This document shows, piece after piece, positions 29,501 to 42,916 of a stretch of 64,000 bases of DNA (within the stretch, counting starts at the first letter, position 1; each line of letters begins with the position of its first letter). Source of the DNA: Antedon mediterranea (lineage: Eukaryota > Animalia > Echinodermata); NCBI RefSeq assembly GCF_964355755.1, contig NC_092679.1:12073432-12137431 (forward strand), given 5' to 3'. Below the pieces are notes generated by a model that was not told where the DNA came from, ran no database searches, and saw only the letters and a list, made by a program, of their open reading frames with translations. The translations under genes were made by a program, and so were the position numbers.

Positions 29501-32500
29501 CTCATTTGCATAAAAACGTAGTTTGTGTTAAAGTACCTATTCCTTTTGATTTGGCTTCGACGGTAAGTGTACAAAATAACATAAAGAACTCTCATAAAAT
29601 AAATAATGGAAGGTCTTGGGAATAGAAACTATTTTTCTGAAATAAGGTTCTTGACACACATAACAAGGTTTTCCTAATACTTGTAACACAAACAGATCGA
29701 TTTGAGTTGGCAGAGCATGCATATTGCATGTTGGGAAATCGCACTAAAGCTGCTCCTGCAAAAGCTCCCTATTATCAGAATAGCCAATCATTAAATAGTA
29801 GACTTTTGTTTTGGATCATAGATTTTGTATCTCCAATGGTACTTACATGGGTTTTCGTTTCTTTCTCTTCTTCGCATCTCTGACAACAGGTGTTCCAAAA
29901 TTCTCAGGATCTGTTAGTGGTAGATGATCCAATGTCTAAAAGAAACATAAAATATGGGTATTATGAGATCCCCTAAAGATTTTATTAGGTAAACTACAAG
30001 AACTATTTAACTACAATATCAGACAAAAATGTTCCTTATAAAACAAAAACAATCATAAAGGTGAAATCTAAAATCCAAACATCATGGTTATGATATAAAG
30101 TATCATCATAGTTCGTCGCAAAGAACTAACTCGTTTAAGGATCTCATTGTCATGTCGCGATTAGTATAATAATATTTATATAATTTACATTATTAATGAT
30201 ATTAAAAGGTCTCCATACAGTCATCCAATAGCCCAAGAAGACTATGATAAAATGTTTGTGCAAAAAATGTCTGTGACATGACAATCATTATCAATGCTAA
30301 TGGAAGAAAGTTTTTAAAGAATTTTCAAAATAATATTTTTGCATTTTTAATTTAAATGTAGCCCATATTCAGATTACACTTGGAATGTAGTTGTCAAATC
30401 ATAGAGGAATTATCCTCCTCCATGGTTGAATGTTGTGAACAATTTTAAAATAAACACACAATCACCATCCACATTTGTTCACAAATGTCAGGGCAAGTAC
30501 AATATCTGCCAGTATGCTACAGTACTATAAACACTTTTTTTTCTGAAACTGTTTAGAATAGCTTGATTAATTTATCTAAATAATGAAACATAAAAGCAAT
30601 TAATAAACTTGACATTGTTATTGGTGTCAGTGGAGGACAGGAAACTGTAGAGAGACACAGGGAATGACTAATACAAAACCATTAAGGAAATCGCAATATC
30701 CTTATTTGTGTACAAAACAACAAACCCAGCAATGAAGACTTTAGCTACCAACTTATTATAGGTAACAAAAATTACTGGCATGTCATAACATTCTCTGAAG
30801 AATTGTTTGTAAATGGTTTTAAATATTTGAATTAGATATTTTTAATATGTTCATTTCTAATATTTGAATACACCACTTTGTATGCCACTCTTGTTTTGAT
30901 TCAATAGAATTATTCATTAATTAGTCTGTTATTAAAAGTAAAAGAAAGAATACAGAAACTTCCAATGATAATTGTCAACAATATTAAATTAGAATATTCT
31001 AAACCTTACCATTTAAAATCGAAATTAAAGGGCAAACGCTAGAAAAATCAAAGATACCTTATAATAATATAAAGAGTTTAAAATAATAAATGATATTAGA
31101 CTATCATTAAGCTCACCTCGCTTTCATTAAAGTGGCGTTCACCTTGAAGGCAAAGAGATGATCTTCTAAGTGTCTTCTCATCTCCATCATCAAAAACTAT
31201 AAGAATTATTAAAAAGTAGTTATTTAAAAAAAAAGTATTTATATGCCAAATGACCTCTTAAACTTGTGGACAGTACCGTAGTATTGTACTCGCTATCTAC
31301 AATCTCCATGACAACCTACATACAATAACAATTAACATTTACAATCACTTTTCAATTTCAGGTTACTGTATTAAGCTATAGTCAAAGTAATTTAGCATGC
31401 CCATTTACACTAGGACGATAACAATCGACGATAATAATATGCAATTTTTATACATAAAACATAGGATATCTAAAAAGTTTTCATCCTAAAACTATAGGAA
31501 AACCATCTATGCTTCCTTTGATGAAAATAATATCACATAACCAATCAAATGACATGATTAGTAAGAGCAATAATACCGTGACAATACGACGATGTTATTG
31601 TTTTTATCGATGACATCATTTGATTGGACTTTTTAAAATATTGTTTTTATCAAAGACAGCATAAATGATTATCCTATAGTTCTAAAACGAAAACTTTTTC
31701 CAATTTATTTTGTTTTATGTAAGAAAAATGTATACTTATTTATTGTCGATCGTTATCGTCCTAGTGTAAATACCCCTTTAAACTCAACAATCGTATAGTT
31801 GTCACGTTGTTGAATTAAAAAGTTGCTACAGCATGTAAACCATCTAAAGACTTACCCACTGTATACATGCTAGCATCGGTAAGTTTTGTGATAACACCGT
31901 CAAGGTAAACACCTTGCTCTGGATGCCTTGCACTAACTCCAGCTCCAATCTTTTTTTAAAGAAAAATAACATACAGAAACATTGAAAATGAAACACACGA
32001 CATACTCAGTAAAATTGTTGTTGTTCAAATTATTCAGCTTATATTACCATGTAATTCTAAGACTGAGAATGAATATGTTGAATATAAAGCATCTTTCTCT
32101 TTCTTTGGATACAACATGCTTCGTCTTATTCTTCCTTTAAATATTTCCTTTAAAACCAGTATGGCCGATTATTTTTAATTCAATTTTTTATTTGAAATCC
32201 CTTTTAAAGATTTTTATACATAAATTCATTAACATAATTATGTCATTCATTATTTTTTAACACAAAGTTTGTGGTACAGTACACGAAAAGGATGCGGTTC
32301 TGAAAAGAACTGTTAAGTTTCTCAACATTCTTCGTCCCAGGAGTGAGAATAATTATTACATTATTTATTTATAAATTGTCTGTATTGTTCTGAGGATACC
32401 TAATAATCAGCATTGACTGGATGGACAATATTAAAATGTTTCAGGTCAGTCTTACCTTTAGTGTACCATTTACAAATTCATCACTAACAATAGCTGCAGA

Positions 32501-35154
32501 AAGTCCCTTAAAATTTATCTATAAAGAAAAATATTTATAAATTATTTAGATTTATAGTATAGTATATATAGAATATAGATTTCCAAAAATTGTATTTAAT
32601 TGGTTTTTAAATTATGTACAGTAAAAATATGTGTTATAATTTAATGTGATGTAAAGCAAGGAAATTGCTTCTTGCTTATTTTAATCATTCAAAAAATAAA
32701 GGTTTAGAATTAAATATGCTATAGGAAGTTCATTCCATGGGCTAGACATAAGACTAGCATTGCGACCAGCTGTTTCTATGCTTGAATGGACAAGCAATAA
32801 TCATAACTTACTGCCAGTATTAAATACCATTACAAATATGTCCATTCAAAATTTCCAAAACCAATAAACAAACTGCTTTAATAGACTCATTTTATATGTA
32901 TAATGTTGGAAGAGTTTTCATACATAGAAAGCAAAACTATGGATTTAGTTCAAACTTACTTTGCATTTGACATGCTTTGCTGTAGTTTTCACTTTGGCTT
33001 CACAGAAAGCCCCTCTGTACTTGGCACTAACATCAGTGCCCACTGTCAAGTATGCTGGACAGTCTCTATCCTACAAGCAAATTAGAGAGCAGACAAAATA
33101 ATAACAATGGGCAAAAATAATTAAATATCAGTTACAAAATAATTGCAAGCTTCAAAACATTTTAGCGAAATAAATAAAGGTCAACTTATTTTTAAGCTTA
33201 ACCTAAATGTAGTCTAAGTGTATTCATGAACAAACTCATAATGTCATAAAAAAAATGAAACAATATATATTAACAATTTAGCTACACAGACAGCAAAGTA
33301 TCTTGCCTATAAAAAGATAATGTATTAAAAACAGTATGCAAGCGAGTTCAGACAGTAACTGCATTTGTTTAAATATAGCAACGAACACGCCTCAATATCA
33401 CAGTATGGAGAAATGCTATGTATTTGTATACCATAGGAAACAGAAAGACATTGAATACATTGACCTTTTATGGGTCAGCGATTATGATTGCAATTTACTG
33501 AGCAGTACAAAACTTCAGCCTTCAATTTCTCCATGAAGCATTATCTGGCTAGTTGCCAAATGTTGCTTACTTGGCAAAATGAGTATTTTAATAACTGCAA
33601 GAACAGAAATAAATTTCTCCTACAGAGCCCGACATCTGTCAAAATGGATGACAATATTAAAGCTACTAAACAACATAGGTTGAGGAAAAGAAATACATCA
33701 TACACATAGTACAGTAATCTACTGTATAATACCATGCCATCTATATATATAATTATAAGTAACACTATTTTCATTGATTTACTGTAAATGTACAGTTTAT
33801 GATTACTGTCCACAAGAATCTATATTCTTTTTTATATTCATTCAAAGAATATTGGTTGAATTATCAGTATTCAATCATAATTTTTCCTGTACTTAATCTT
33901 CAGTAAAACTTCAGTACATATACTTAACAATATGTACAATTTCAACCAAATATCTAGGCCTAGATTCATAATGTAGATTATGTGTAATATAGGCATATAG
34001 GAATGTACTCTTTTAAAATTTGGCTAGCATGGCTTTTGTTCAGTCACTGGTGGGAGGCAGTAACCAATGCACCATTACGATATTACTAAGGTAATCATAC
34101 CAAGTGGTAGACGAAAGATTTTTTAATAGACCATGTATCAATATTGACGGAATACTATGTTGTGTCTTGGGTCAGCCAGTGTGGGGTTCCAATAGTGAAA
34201 GACCTTTTAACATTTTTTAGGGTTATTTTTACTCACCATTGTCTGGCGGACAACACCCAAAAAAGACTGGTTTTACTCACCTTTGCCTAGCAATTTACTG
34301 TACCTTTTAGCAGCCACAAGCTGTGATACAAAACTGTGTCCCTAGCCACAGCATTATATTTACATTTAATTAACACAAAACAATAAAATACAGTCAAATC
34401 TACCAATACCAGACTCTCTGAAAACCAGACATTTTTTTTTTCAAAAGGAAAGGTACAAAATTCATTTTTACCATTAAAAACACCTTCCGAACACAAGACA
34501 CATTATAGGTCAGCCCAGGCGAAAGTGTCTGTTATTGGGAGAGTTGACTGTACAACATATACCTTAAATAATCATTATTATTTTGTTTAATTTTGGCCAA
34601 AGAAAATCCTGAATTTAGGCCTAGGCTAGGTTTCTAAAAGTTTTATTTATATTTTATTTTGATTGACCTGTCTGCAATGATCGTAGCCAAAGCTGGAATG
34701 GAATACTAGGCCTAGTCTAGTTAATAACCTAGTCTATGAATAATATTGTAGCTCACACATAATCCTACAATATGGAAAACATTGTCTTCCTTTTTTGCTA
34801 CTCTATATGCAATGCAGCAGCAGTTAGAATGACATTGACAGCAAAGTGAGTGGGTGGGTTGCATTTGAAACAAAAAACACTTCTTTCAATTTCAACATGC
34901 ACTGTAACAAAAGCAAAATGGTGTTAAAAATCATTTAGTATGTATCTTAAACCACATTAATATTAAACCAAAATTGAGTGAAATGTTAAGCTCTAGCATA
35001 ACTGAGGGTTGAGTAGCAAACGGATACAGTAAAAAGACTCAATCACCTGCATGCACTCCGCTCCGCCGACAGAATCCTCATGTTTGTCTCTACTCTGTGT
35101 GTAGAACTCTCGGAGAGGGGTAGGACAAAACTACATATAATTCGTACTTACCAT
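17536..35154 (-). CDS. ARID4B: AT-rich interactive domain protein 4 (ARID4A/ARID4B, RBBP1-like; Sin3-HDAC subunit), about 1349 aa
   Basis: Coding exons (minus strand, GT-AG, phases consistent): 35154-35152, 33070-32960, 32518-32456, 31949-31856, 31196-31117, 29935-29847, 29400-29244, 28895-28816, 27991-27909, 27358-27167, 25603-25411, 24344-24152, 23538-23339, 22486-22387, 22124-21278, 21136-21077, 20072-18804, 18314-18162, 17618-17536 (total 4050 nt). Diagnostic motifs: Tudor [22 protein letters not shown] and [17 protein letters not shown]; [33 protein letters not shown]; chromobarrel [13 protein letters not shown]...[13 protein letters not shown]; C-terminal [18 protein letters not shown]. 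Likely co-ortholog of ARID4A and ARID4B. Choice of first exon is uncertain. Confidence 0.95.
18406..18544. mobile_element. Short hAT-like MITE remnant
   Basis: caggggctgat...gatccgccactg imperfect TIRs; TSD not evident. Confidence 0.35.
20604..20896. mobile_element. piggyBac-like MITE
   Basis: TTAA|ccctttcactgcg...cgcagtgaaaggg|TTAA: perfect 13-bp TIR and TTAA TSD. Confidence 0.85.
23944..24116 (+). mobile_element. Short degenerate HINE-like element
   Basis: Shares tttgttagcaggatta, the ggcggaggt subTIR and the ctagtt end with the 24484 element. Confidence 0.45.
24484..25163 (+). mobile_element. Helentron-associated non-autonomous element (HINE-like), copy 1
   Basis: 5' acctccgccaaggaggt hairpin, (gttt)n microsatellite, 3' subTIR ggcggaggt, short hairpin and ctagtt end in T-rich target; near-identical inverted copy at 38629-39670. 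Confidence 0.75.
25670..25982 (+). mobile_element. tRNA-derived SINE (CORE-like body, L2-like tail)
   Basis: A box gtggcgcagggtg, B box ggttcgaatcc, body tgtatcctttggcaagatactt...ctctccacccaggtgtataaatgggtacc, tail agcgctatataagaatg(att)n. Confidence 0.8.
26365..27162. mobile_element. Harbinger-like non-autonomous element, left end missing or degraded
   Basis: Right terminus ttgataaatccggcccc followed by TGA; many cttaag/cttagc subterminal motifs; inverted tttatcaaac at ~26418; left boundary approximate. Confidence 0.55.
27515..27780 (+). repeat. SINE 3' fragment with 33-bp tail unit repeated about 5 times
   Basis: tatgggagta...gatccaaaaatgacaggggtaatcatgttaagcac matches the 25670 SINE 3' part, then (ataagaatgacatattgttgtcattatcaagct)x5. 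Confidence 0.8.
28259..28779. mobile_element. Tc1/mariner (pogo-like) MITE
   Basis: TA|cagtagaaccttcgttttacgtac...gtacgtaaaatgaaagttctactg|TA. Confidence 0.8.
31399..31776. mobile_element. Harbinger-like MITE
   Basis: TIR atttacactaggacgataac / gttatcgtcctagtgtaaat with extended imperfect palindromy. Confidence 0.7.
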
Positions 35155-35159
35155 TCTGG

Positions 35160-35680
35160 AAAATAACAAATCAACGCCCTTCAGATCACTGACATACACT
35201 TAATGCAATGTGACCAATCTGTCTAAAATCGTGGCTAAAACACTGTAAATTCAAACAATTTTCAAGCATCACTTTTCTAACATTCTCGTCAGGCAAGCTC
35301 AAAAACGGAATCCGTGGAAAGACAACAACTTGTCATGGGGGGTCGAAGGCTCTGATTGGCTTATGGTCACGTGGCACATAGAATACGCAATTAATGAATA
35401 GGGTTTTAAGTTTTAAAAATCATGATTTATGGCTGCAATATACTTGTACATTGTGTAGTATTTTAATCAAATTTTATTTTAAATTATATGATTTTTTTTA
35501 AATGTAAAGAAATTTTGACAATAATACATATAGGAGGTAATGATATAATATATAACAGTATTAACACCCGTAAACAAATTGTAAATTCCAAAAAGGTTGT
35601 TTGTTGACCTGTAGGTTCAAACGACATAGCGTGTCATTGTACAAAATATGGCGAACAAAGAGAGAAAATTCGGAAGTGAT
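35160..35680. promoter_or_regulatory. ARID4 promoter, possibly bidirectional
   Basis: Inverted CCAAT ctgattggc (35352), E-box ggtcacgtgg (35365), YY1-like aaaatatggcg (35643), ETS-like cggaagt (35671); local CpG enrichment. Confidence 0.55.
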
Positions 35681-36603
35681 AGGCAAATGAACGGTCAACG
35701 TACCTCTGGACGACTTAATATTGATTGTATTATAAGGTATCTATTTAGTTTAGATATTTTAGGTATAATTGATGGTTTTAATTTTTATTAAAGAATGACT
35801 AAAGATAACATTTTTGATACTTTTTAAAACAGAAGCTCTTCTCTTTCCGGAAACTTGCATACGTAATGAGGACCCTGGAATCTGTATACTTTGTCAGGCT
35901 ACAGCATCAGTGTGAACCCTGCACTCTGTATTATCTGTACACGGAGACTTTGGAACTGTCAACAATTTTACAGTTGGGGTAGACCTATGAATTGATGCCT
36001 AGGCCTATGTGTTGATATGTAGGCCAAGTGTTTTAATTTAATATTAATAATAAATGTACATTTCATATGTACATTTTCTGTACAGACAGGCAGCATGCAT
36101 TTGCAAGATTAAGAATACAACAAAACTTTTTGTAATTGATTGTCGACTCTTGATCCATAACTTTTTCCCCTTTTTTTTAAACTTAATTAAAGACACTAGA
36201 CCTACTTTTTTATCGACCTACACTACATTTGATGTAAAAATATATACCTATTAACCTATTGCGATAATTTTTTTCATCTTTAAACGGTTAAAAATATGAA
36301 AAATAAGGCGATTCCACTGTGATCGGTCGCGTGAAAGCTAAACAAATAAAAGAACCATAACTTTTCAGCGAAAATACCAGGTCTTCTCCAATTTGTATTA
36401 TGAATTAAAGAAAGACAATTAATTTAGCAATGAGACAACGTCAGGCTAGGCCTGCAGCTAGCGTATGATGTTCGCACGTTACCGCTACATTCGACGCGAG
36501 CTACTTTGTGCATTGTTTCTCTTTTTTATCATAATTTACCATAAAACGTACATTTGAGACAAGGAATGATCTGGTTTAATGTTTTTAAAGTAGTATATAC
36601 AGT

Positions 36604-36846
36604 GGAGTTGTTGATAGCCGAGTGGTTAGGACACTTGACTGTCATACAGATAGACCCGGGTTCAATTCCCGACAACTCCCAGTCCACTCAGCTGTAAATG
36701 AGTACCTGGTTGAAAATACTAGGGAGAAAAAAGGCGGCGTGGAAAGGAACTGGCCACCCTACCACATAATGCCGAGGCTTAGTACAATGAGCTCCTAACA
36801 GCTCATTCCCCTACGTTCAGAGAACACGGGACTCACCTTTACCTTT
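36604..36846 (+). mobile_element. tRNA(Asp)-derived SINE with Deu/Nin-like domain, copy 1
   Basis: tRNA-like head GGAGTTG...CAACTCC with GTC anticodon loop and A/B boxes; body ccactcagctgtaaatgagtacc...aaaggcggcgtgg; (accttt)n tail; 10-bp TSD tatatacagt. Confidence 0.85.
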
Positions 36847-37827
36847 ATATACAGTATATGCATTATTTTTACAAAATGTCAACATTTGTAGGTCAAGTGT
36901 CGTTAATTTGAAAAATGCAGTACATCTTGGTATTAAGAACAAACATGAAACTACTGTACTCCATCCTAGCCATATACTGTAGCATACAGTGTAAAAATTA
37001 AAATGATTATGAAAGAATAACTAATTTGTAGATCAAATTTTTAAAATTGGTTTAGAGGTATGAATGACAGTGATACTGGAGGTCATGGGTTCAAGCCCAC
37101 CCGAGAAATACTTGCAAAAAAATGTGTAAGTGTTCTCAATGTACAGTACTTGGTATAACACAATTACGTGCTGTAGTGTAGGGCATACATCGCTGGCCAA
37201 TCATTTAATTTCCATATTATAGTACTTGGTATCAAATGATTTATTTGTGGTTTAACAAATTGTTATCAAGTACTGTACAGTCTATATACTAATAATATTT
37301 GCCAATATAAAAAGAAATTAATGATTAATTATTCTTTATTAATAAATGTTTAATGTAATTCTGATTTTGCAGGTGATTAAGTTATTGGTAGAGCATGTTT
37401 GTTCTGAGTTCCTGCAGTGAAATGATACAGTATACAATTTTGGCACCAGCAAGCTATCTTTCACAATGGAGATGTTGTTTGGCTAAGCGTCACTCCAACT
37501 GGTATGTGATTAGGAACAACAGCGGTATCAATATTTATGCCTTTATCATCAAGAAGGATAATAACAGGTATTAATATCTCCAATTCTATGCTATGTTTAC
37601 CTGGGAAGAGTTCTCCATACGATACATTTTTGGGCGAACACTGGATACATGTCCTGCCCATCAAAGCTGGTTTTTTTTAACAAGGCCTCAATGCTAGTGA
37701 TCTAGTTTCAAGATTGGTGATGAAGTCACTCTACGATATTTAGAATGGAACATAGACAGATCAAGATCAGTATATTCTGATCCATGAGAGTTATCTGTAT
37801 ACTGTACACTGATCTTTGTATCTGTAT

Positions 37828-38080
37828 GGGCATGTGGTGCAGTGTGCTGTTGACTTGGACTACAGATCGTGGGTTCGAATCCAATGCTCGTCATTTCCTT
37901 GGTCAAGACACTAGACTTACATTTGCCTCTCTCCACCCAGATGTACAAATGGGCACCTGATAAGGTCAAGACACGACTTTGCGCTGATTACTAGCTGCAT
38001 TATGGGAGTATGTTTCCATGTATGGATTTACATGTATGTATGGAGTATGGTTTCAAAAATGTCCGGTGTAATAATGTGTA
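37828..38080 (+). mobile_element. tRNA-derived SINE (same family as 25670)
   Basis: B box gggttcgaatcc; tttgcctctctccacccagatgtacaaatgggcacc; gctgattactagctgcattatgggagtatg shared with the 25670 copy. Confidence 0.75.
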
Positions 38081-38628
38081 TAGTACAGCGGTTTCACAGC
38101 ATTAGGCCAACCAGTGTGATGAATATTAATTATTAAATCTTAAATAATTATGGTAAATTTTACGATTTTTTTATTTATTAATTTCAGAAAAATTTCACCA
38201 TACATCTATTTTTACAATGGAACTGCATACAAACTGAGAAGACTACGATGATCAAAGTGCTTGATATCATCAAGTGCAGCTGACAGTATACAATACAGAT
38301 AATTATGAGACGTTAAAGTATGCATTGCAAATAGAGGATCCATTAATTCAAGATTCAGTTGTAAGTATATAAATTGACATTGTAAACTTCATCAGGGTTC
38401 TCACCAGAGCCGACTATAGTGCATTCACACTTACACAAATCACTCATTTGACCATCTGGATAGATGAGCGCTTACTGGCTAAAGAGTTTAAGGGACACCA
38501 GAGCATGAGCAGTCCAATGCAACTACCCAGCGTTGCTGGAGTGCTAAACCTTTGCCCACTGTATTACGCCACTGCCTGTAGATGTAAAATACTGCATACA
38601 TTATACAAGCTTAAAAATAAAGTAGTGA

Positions 38629-39670
38629 AACTAGAAAGCCACTCCGAGAGTGCATACATCCGCCTACTGTAAAATTCTCCTACATAACATTTCTCCGGGA
38701 AAAAATATATATATTTGTGTGTGTCTTAATGCTGTTTGTGATTTAGGCTATTTTCACTACAAGCATAAGTATGCGAGTTTGGTGTACCGTAATGGTTATG
38801 TAACAAGCCTTTCAATTAACAATAGCTTCAGTTGACTAACAATAGAACAGCAACGCGAAAATCAAACGAGTGAATTTGAAAAGAAATAGGTTTTTTAAAT
38901 TACTCGCATCAAAAAAGGTGCACATTAAATCAAATTTTGTTTTAAAATTACAAATCACCAATTATAACTCTTGCCTCTTGTACAAAAATGAAGTTTTTTG
39001 GACAAGTAGTTCTCGAGAAAATGCAATTTCAGTTTACTTAATACTTTAAGACTGCTCGCCGGCTTTTGGAAAATTCTGTCCTATCTTAACACTAGCAGGT
39101 CTGAAAAGTATACTAAAAAGTGGTTCAGAATTGGGACCATGGTCCCAAATGGTCCCAAAATTTAATGGAATGGTCCTTGACCACATATCTATCTGTATAT
39201 TCATTTTGGTAAAATCTTGTAATTACTTTTTGAGTAATCCTGCTAACAAACAAGCGAGTGAGTGGCCGAGGGGTTAAGACAGTGGAACCGTAATTACGTA
39301 CAGTAGCCATAACATCGGCATGGGTTCGAGGCTCACTCGCTCCATGGTTCTGGTGGTAGAACGAGTCTTCTCGGATAAGGACTATAAACCGTAGGTCCAG
39401 TGTACAGTACACATAGCTCATGCGCACTTTAAAGAACCTAGTACATCTTTTGAGACGAGTGGGGGGTTACCCCGGTGTACTAGTCCACACAAACACAGCC
39501 ACTGTCACACACAGCCACTGTGCAAATTGGGACTGGACCGTTTTAGAGGTGTTTACCACCTGTTGGTCCAGATCCTTCACTAACTGAGTTAGTGAGAAGT
39601 CGAATAAATAAACAAACAAACAGACAAACAAACATCGATCGATTACATATACCTCCTTGGCGGAGGTAAA
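38629..39670 (-). mobile_element. HINE-like element, copy 2, interrupted by a SINE
   Basis: Reverse complement of 24484-25163 on both sides of 39253-39610. Confidence 0.8.
39253..39610 (+). mobile_element. tRNA-derived SINE with Meta-domain-like core
   Basis: A box gtggccgaggggttaag, B box gggttcgagg, core ctcggataaggactataaaccgtaggtcc...gcactttaaagaacc, aataaataaac tail merging with the host (aaac)n. Confidence 0.7.
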
Positions 39671-40003
39671 TGAATGATAAAATAAATATACCACTCTGAA
39701 TGCAACATTTAGAGAACATTAGGAGATGGGATTACTATAGGATTTACTGTACTGTACAACTATAATATCTGCAACGTTCACCATGTTTCAAGTACGGCAG
39801 GGATGTAATTGTGCAAGGCCAGGTGGAGCCGCCCTATCTAAAAGCTTCCCGACCGGTGTAAAGCTAATTTCTGATCCGCCCACCCTAAATTATTTCGTTT
39901 CTTCGGTATATTCAACTTCAATTTATTTTCCACTGATTAATTCTAAATATAGTATCAGAACGTTCAGTCGATTGCATGCTAAACAAAAGATGTACCTAGA
40001 TTT

Positions 40004-41607
40004 TGTTCAATACATTTATACCTGGAACATCATTGATTCACATTCATATACACTGATGTTCAATACATTTATATCTGGAACATCATCGATTCACATTCAT
40101 ATACACTAATGTTCAATACATTTATATCTGGAACATCATCGATTCACATTCATATACACTGATGTTCAATACATTTATACCTGGAACATCATTGATTCAC
40201 ATTCATATACACAGATGTTCAATACATTTCTATCTGGAACATCATTGATTCACATTCATATACACTGATGTTCAATACATTATACCTGGAACATCATTGA
40301 TTCACATTCATATACACCGATGTTCAATACATTTCTATCTGGAACATCATTGATTCACATTCATATACACTGATGTTCAATACATTTATACCTGGAACAT
40401 CATTGATTCACATTCATATACACCGATGTTCAATACATTTCTATCTGGAACATCATTGAATCACATTCATATACACTGATGTTCAATACATTTATACCTG
40501 GAACATCATTGTGATTCACATTCATATACACAGATGTTCAATACATTTATATCTGGAACATCATTGATTCACATTCATATACACTGATGTTCAATACATT
40601 TATTCCTGGAACATCATTGATTCACATTCATATACACCGATGTTCAATACATTTATACCTGGAACATCATTGATTCACATTCATATACACCGATGTTCAA
40701 TACATTTATATCTGGAACATCATTGATTCACATTCATATACACTGATGTTCAATACATTTATACCTGGAACATCATTGATTCACATTCATATACACTGAT
40801 GTTCAATACATTTATACCTGGAACATCATTGATTCACATTCATATACACCGATGTTCAATACATTTATACCTGGAACATCATTGATTCACATTCATATAC
40901 ACCGATGTTCAATACATTTATACCTGGAACATCATTGATTCACATTCATATACACCGATGTTCAATACATTTATACCTGGAACATCATTGATTCACATTC
41001 ATATACACCGATGTTCAATACATTTATACCTGGAACATCATTGATTCACATTCATATACACCGATGTTCAATACATTTATACCTGGAACATCATTGATTC
41101 ACATTCATATACACCGATGTTCAATACATTTATACCTGGAACATCATTGATTCACATTCATATACACCGATGTTCAATACATTTATACCTGGAACATCAT
41201 TGATTCACATTCATATACACAGATGTTCAATACATTTATACCTGGAACATCATTGATTCACATTCATATACACCGATGTTCAATACATTTATACCTGGAA
41301 CATCATTGATTCACATTCATATGTACACCGATGTTCAATACATTTATACCTGGAACATCATTGATTCACATTCATATACACCGATGTTCAATACATTTAT
41401 ACCTGGAACATCATTGATTCACATTCATATACACCGATGTTCAATACATTTATACCTGGAACATCATTGATTCACATTCATATACACCGATGTTCAATAC
41501 ATTTATACCTGGAACATCATTGATTCATATACACCGATGTTCAATACATTTATACCTGGAACATCATTGATTCACATTCATATACACTAATGTTCAATAC
41601 ATTTATA
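40004..41607. repeat. 53-bp minisatellite, about 30 copies
   Basis: Unit tgttcaatacatttatacctggaacatcattgattcacattcatatacaccga, head-to-tail, no spacers. Confidence 0.97.
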
Positions 41608-41612
41608 TGTAT

Positions 41613-42916
41613 GTGCTGTATAGGCCTATATTTGATGAGAGGGTTGTCTCATAAACGTCGACATGTTCGTCCATGTTATAGGAAAAGAAATTTTTGCCGT
41701 GTAAAGTTGGATTTGAAAGAACGTAAACGGCTATCAACGACATCTGTTAAAGCCTTGCCCCTCTCGTATTAGAAAAACCTGTAAGGATTGTGATGTGTAA
41801 TACTTTCATTTTCTTATACTCAAAATATTTCATACATAGGACTTGTGATGTGAATCTATATAACTACCATTATATTGCACCTCAGCTCTTGTTGCCTTTA
41901 GTCCAATTGATTTTTTTTCGGGTAAACCAAAAGTTTCTGCTACTGTATATTCTGGAGGATTGTAAAATTTATTTAGCTTGTCTGCGGGTATTTCAAACTC
42001 AGACGTTTAAAAAATGTAGAGAAAAAAAAATGTTGTATATAAAAAATGTGGATTGTTATAATGGTACATAGGATAGGCACACTGTGTTTAAAAGTTAAAT
42101 ACATACCTTTGGACTTTCCATTAAACGGATATAGTTTACATTAAGCTTTTTTGTTACTGTATGTTTAATGATTCTTACAAATCTTCCATTGGAGATTTTG
42201 TGCTGTAGGCCTATATTTGATGACAGCGTTGTCTCATAAACGTTGAAATGTTCGTCCACGGTATAGGAAAAGAAATTTTTCCTGTGTAAAGTTGGATTTG
42301 AAAGAACGTAAACGGCTATCAACGACATCTGTTAAAGCCTTGCCCCTCTCGTATTAGAAAAACCTGTAAGGATTGTGATGTGTAATACTTTCATTTTCTT
42401 ATACTCAAAATATTTCATACATAGGACTTTATTAGTGATCTAAAAAAAAATGTGAATCTATATAACTACAATTATATTGCGCCTCAGCTATTGTTGCCTT
42501 TAGTCCAATCGATTTTTTTTCTGGCAAACCAAAAGTTTCTGCTACTGTATATTCTGGAGGATTGTAAAATTGATTTAGCTTGTCTGCGGGTATGTAAAAC
42601 TCAAGACGTTTGAAAAATCTAGAGAAAAAAAATGTGGATAGGGTAGGCACACTGTGTTTAAAAGTTAAATACAATACCTTTGAATTTTCTGTTATAGGAT
42701 ATACGGATACGGATATAAGTAGTTTGCATTAGGCTTTTTTGTTACTGTGTGTTTAATCATTCTTATGAATCTTCCTTTGGAGATTTTGTGCTGTAGGCCT
42801 ATATTTGATGAGAGCGTTGTCTCATAAACGTTGACATGTTCGTCCATGGTATAGGAAAAGAAATTTTTCCAGTGTAAAGTTGGATTCGAAAAACGGCTAT
42901 CGACGACATCTGTTAA
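41613..42916. repeat. ~587-bp tandem duplication (about 2.2 copies)
   Basis: gtgctgtaggcctatatttgatga.ag.gttgtctcataaacg recurs at ~41613, ~42200 and ~42788 with colinear downstream sequence. Confidence 0.85.

Noticed and set aside
36604-36679. tRNA-Asp gene
   Set aside because: Poor anticodon-stem pairing, continues into a SINE body with tail and TSD, and has a second copy at 53549: a SINE head.
40004-41607. CRISPR-like regular array
   Set aside because: The 53-bp units are contiguous with no unique spacers, there are no cas genes, and the context is eukaryotic: a minisatellite.
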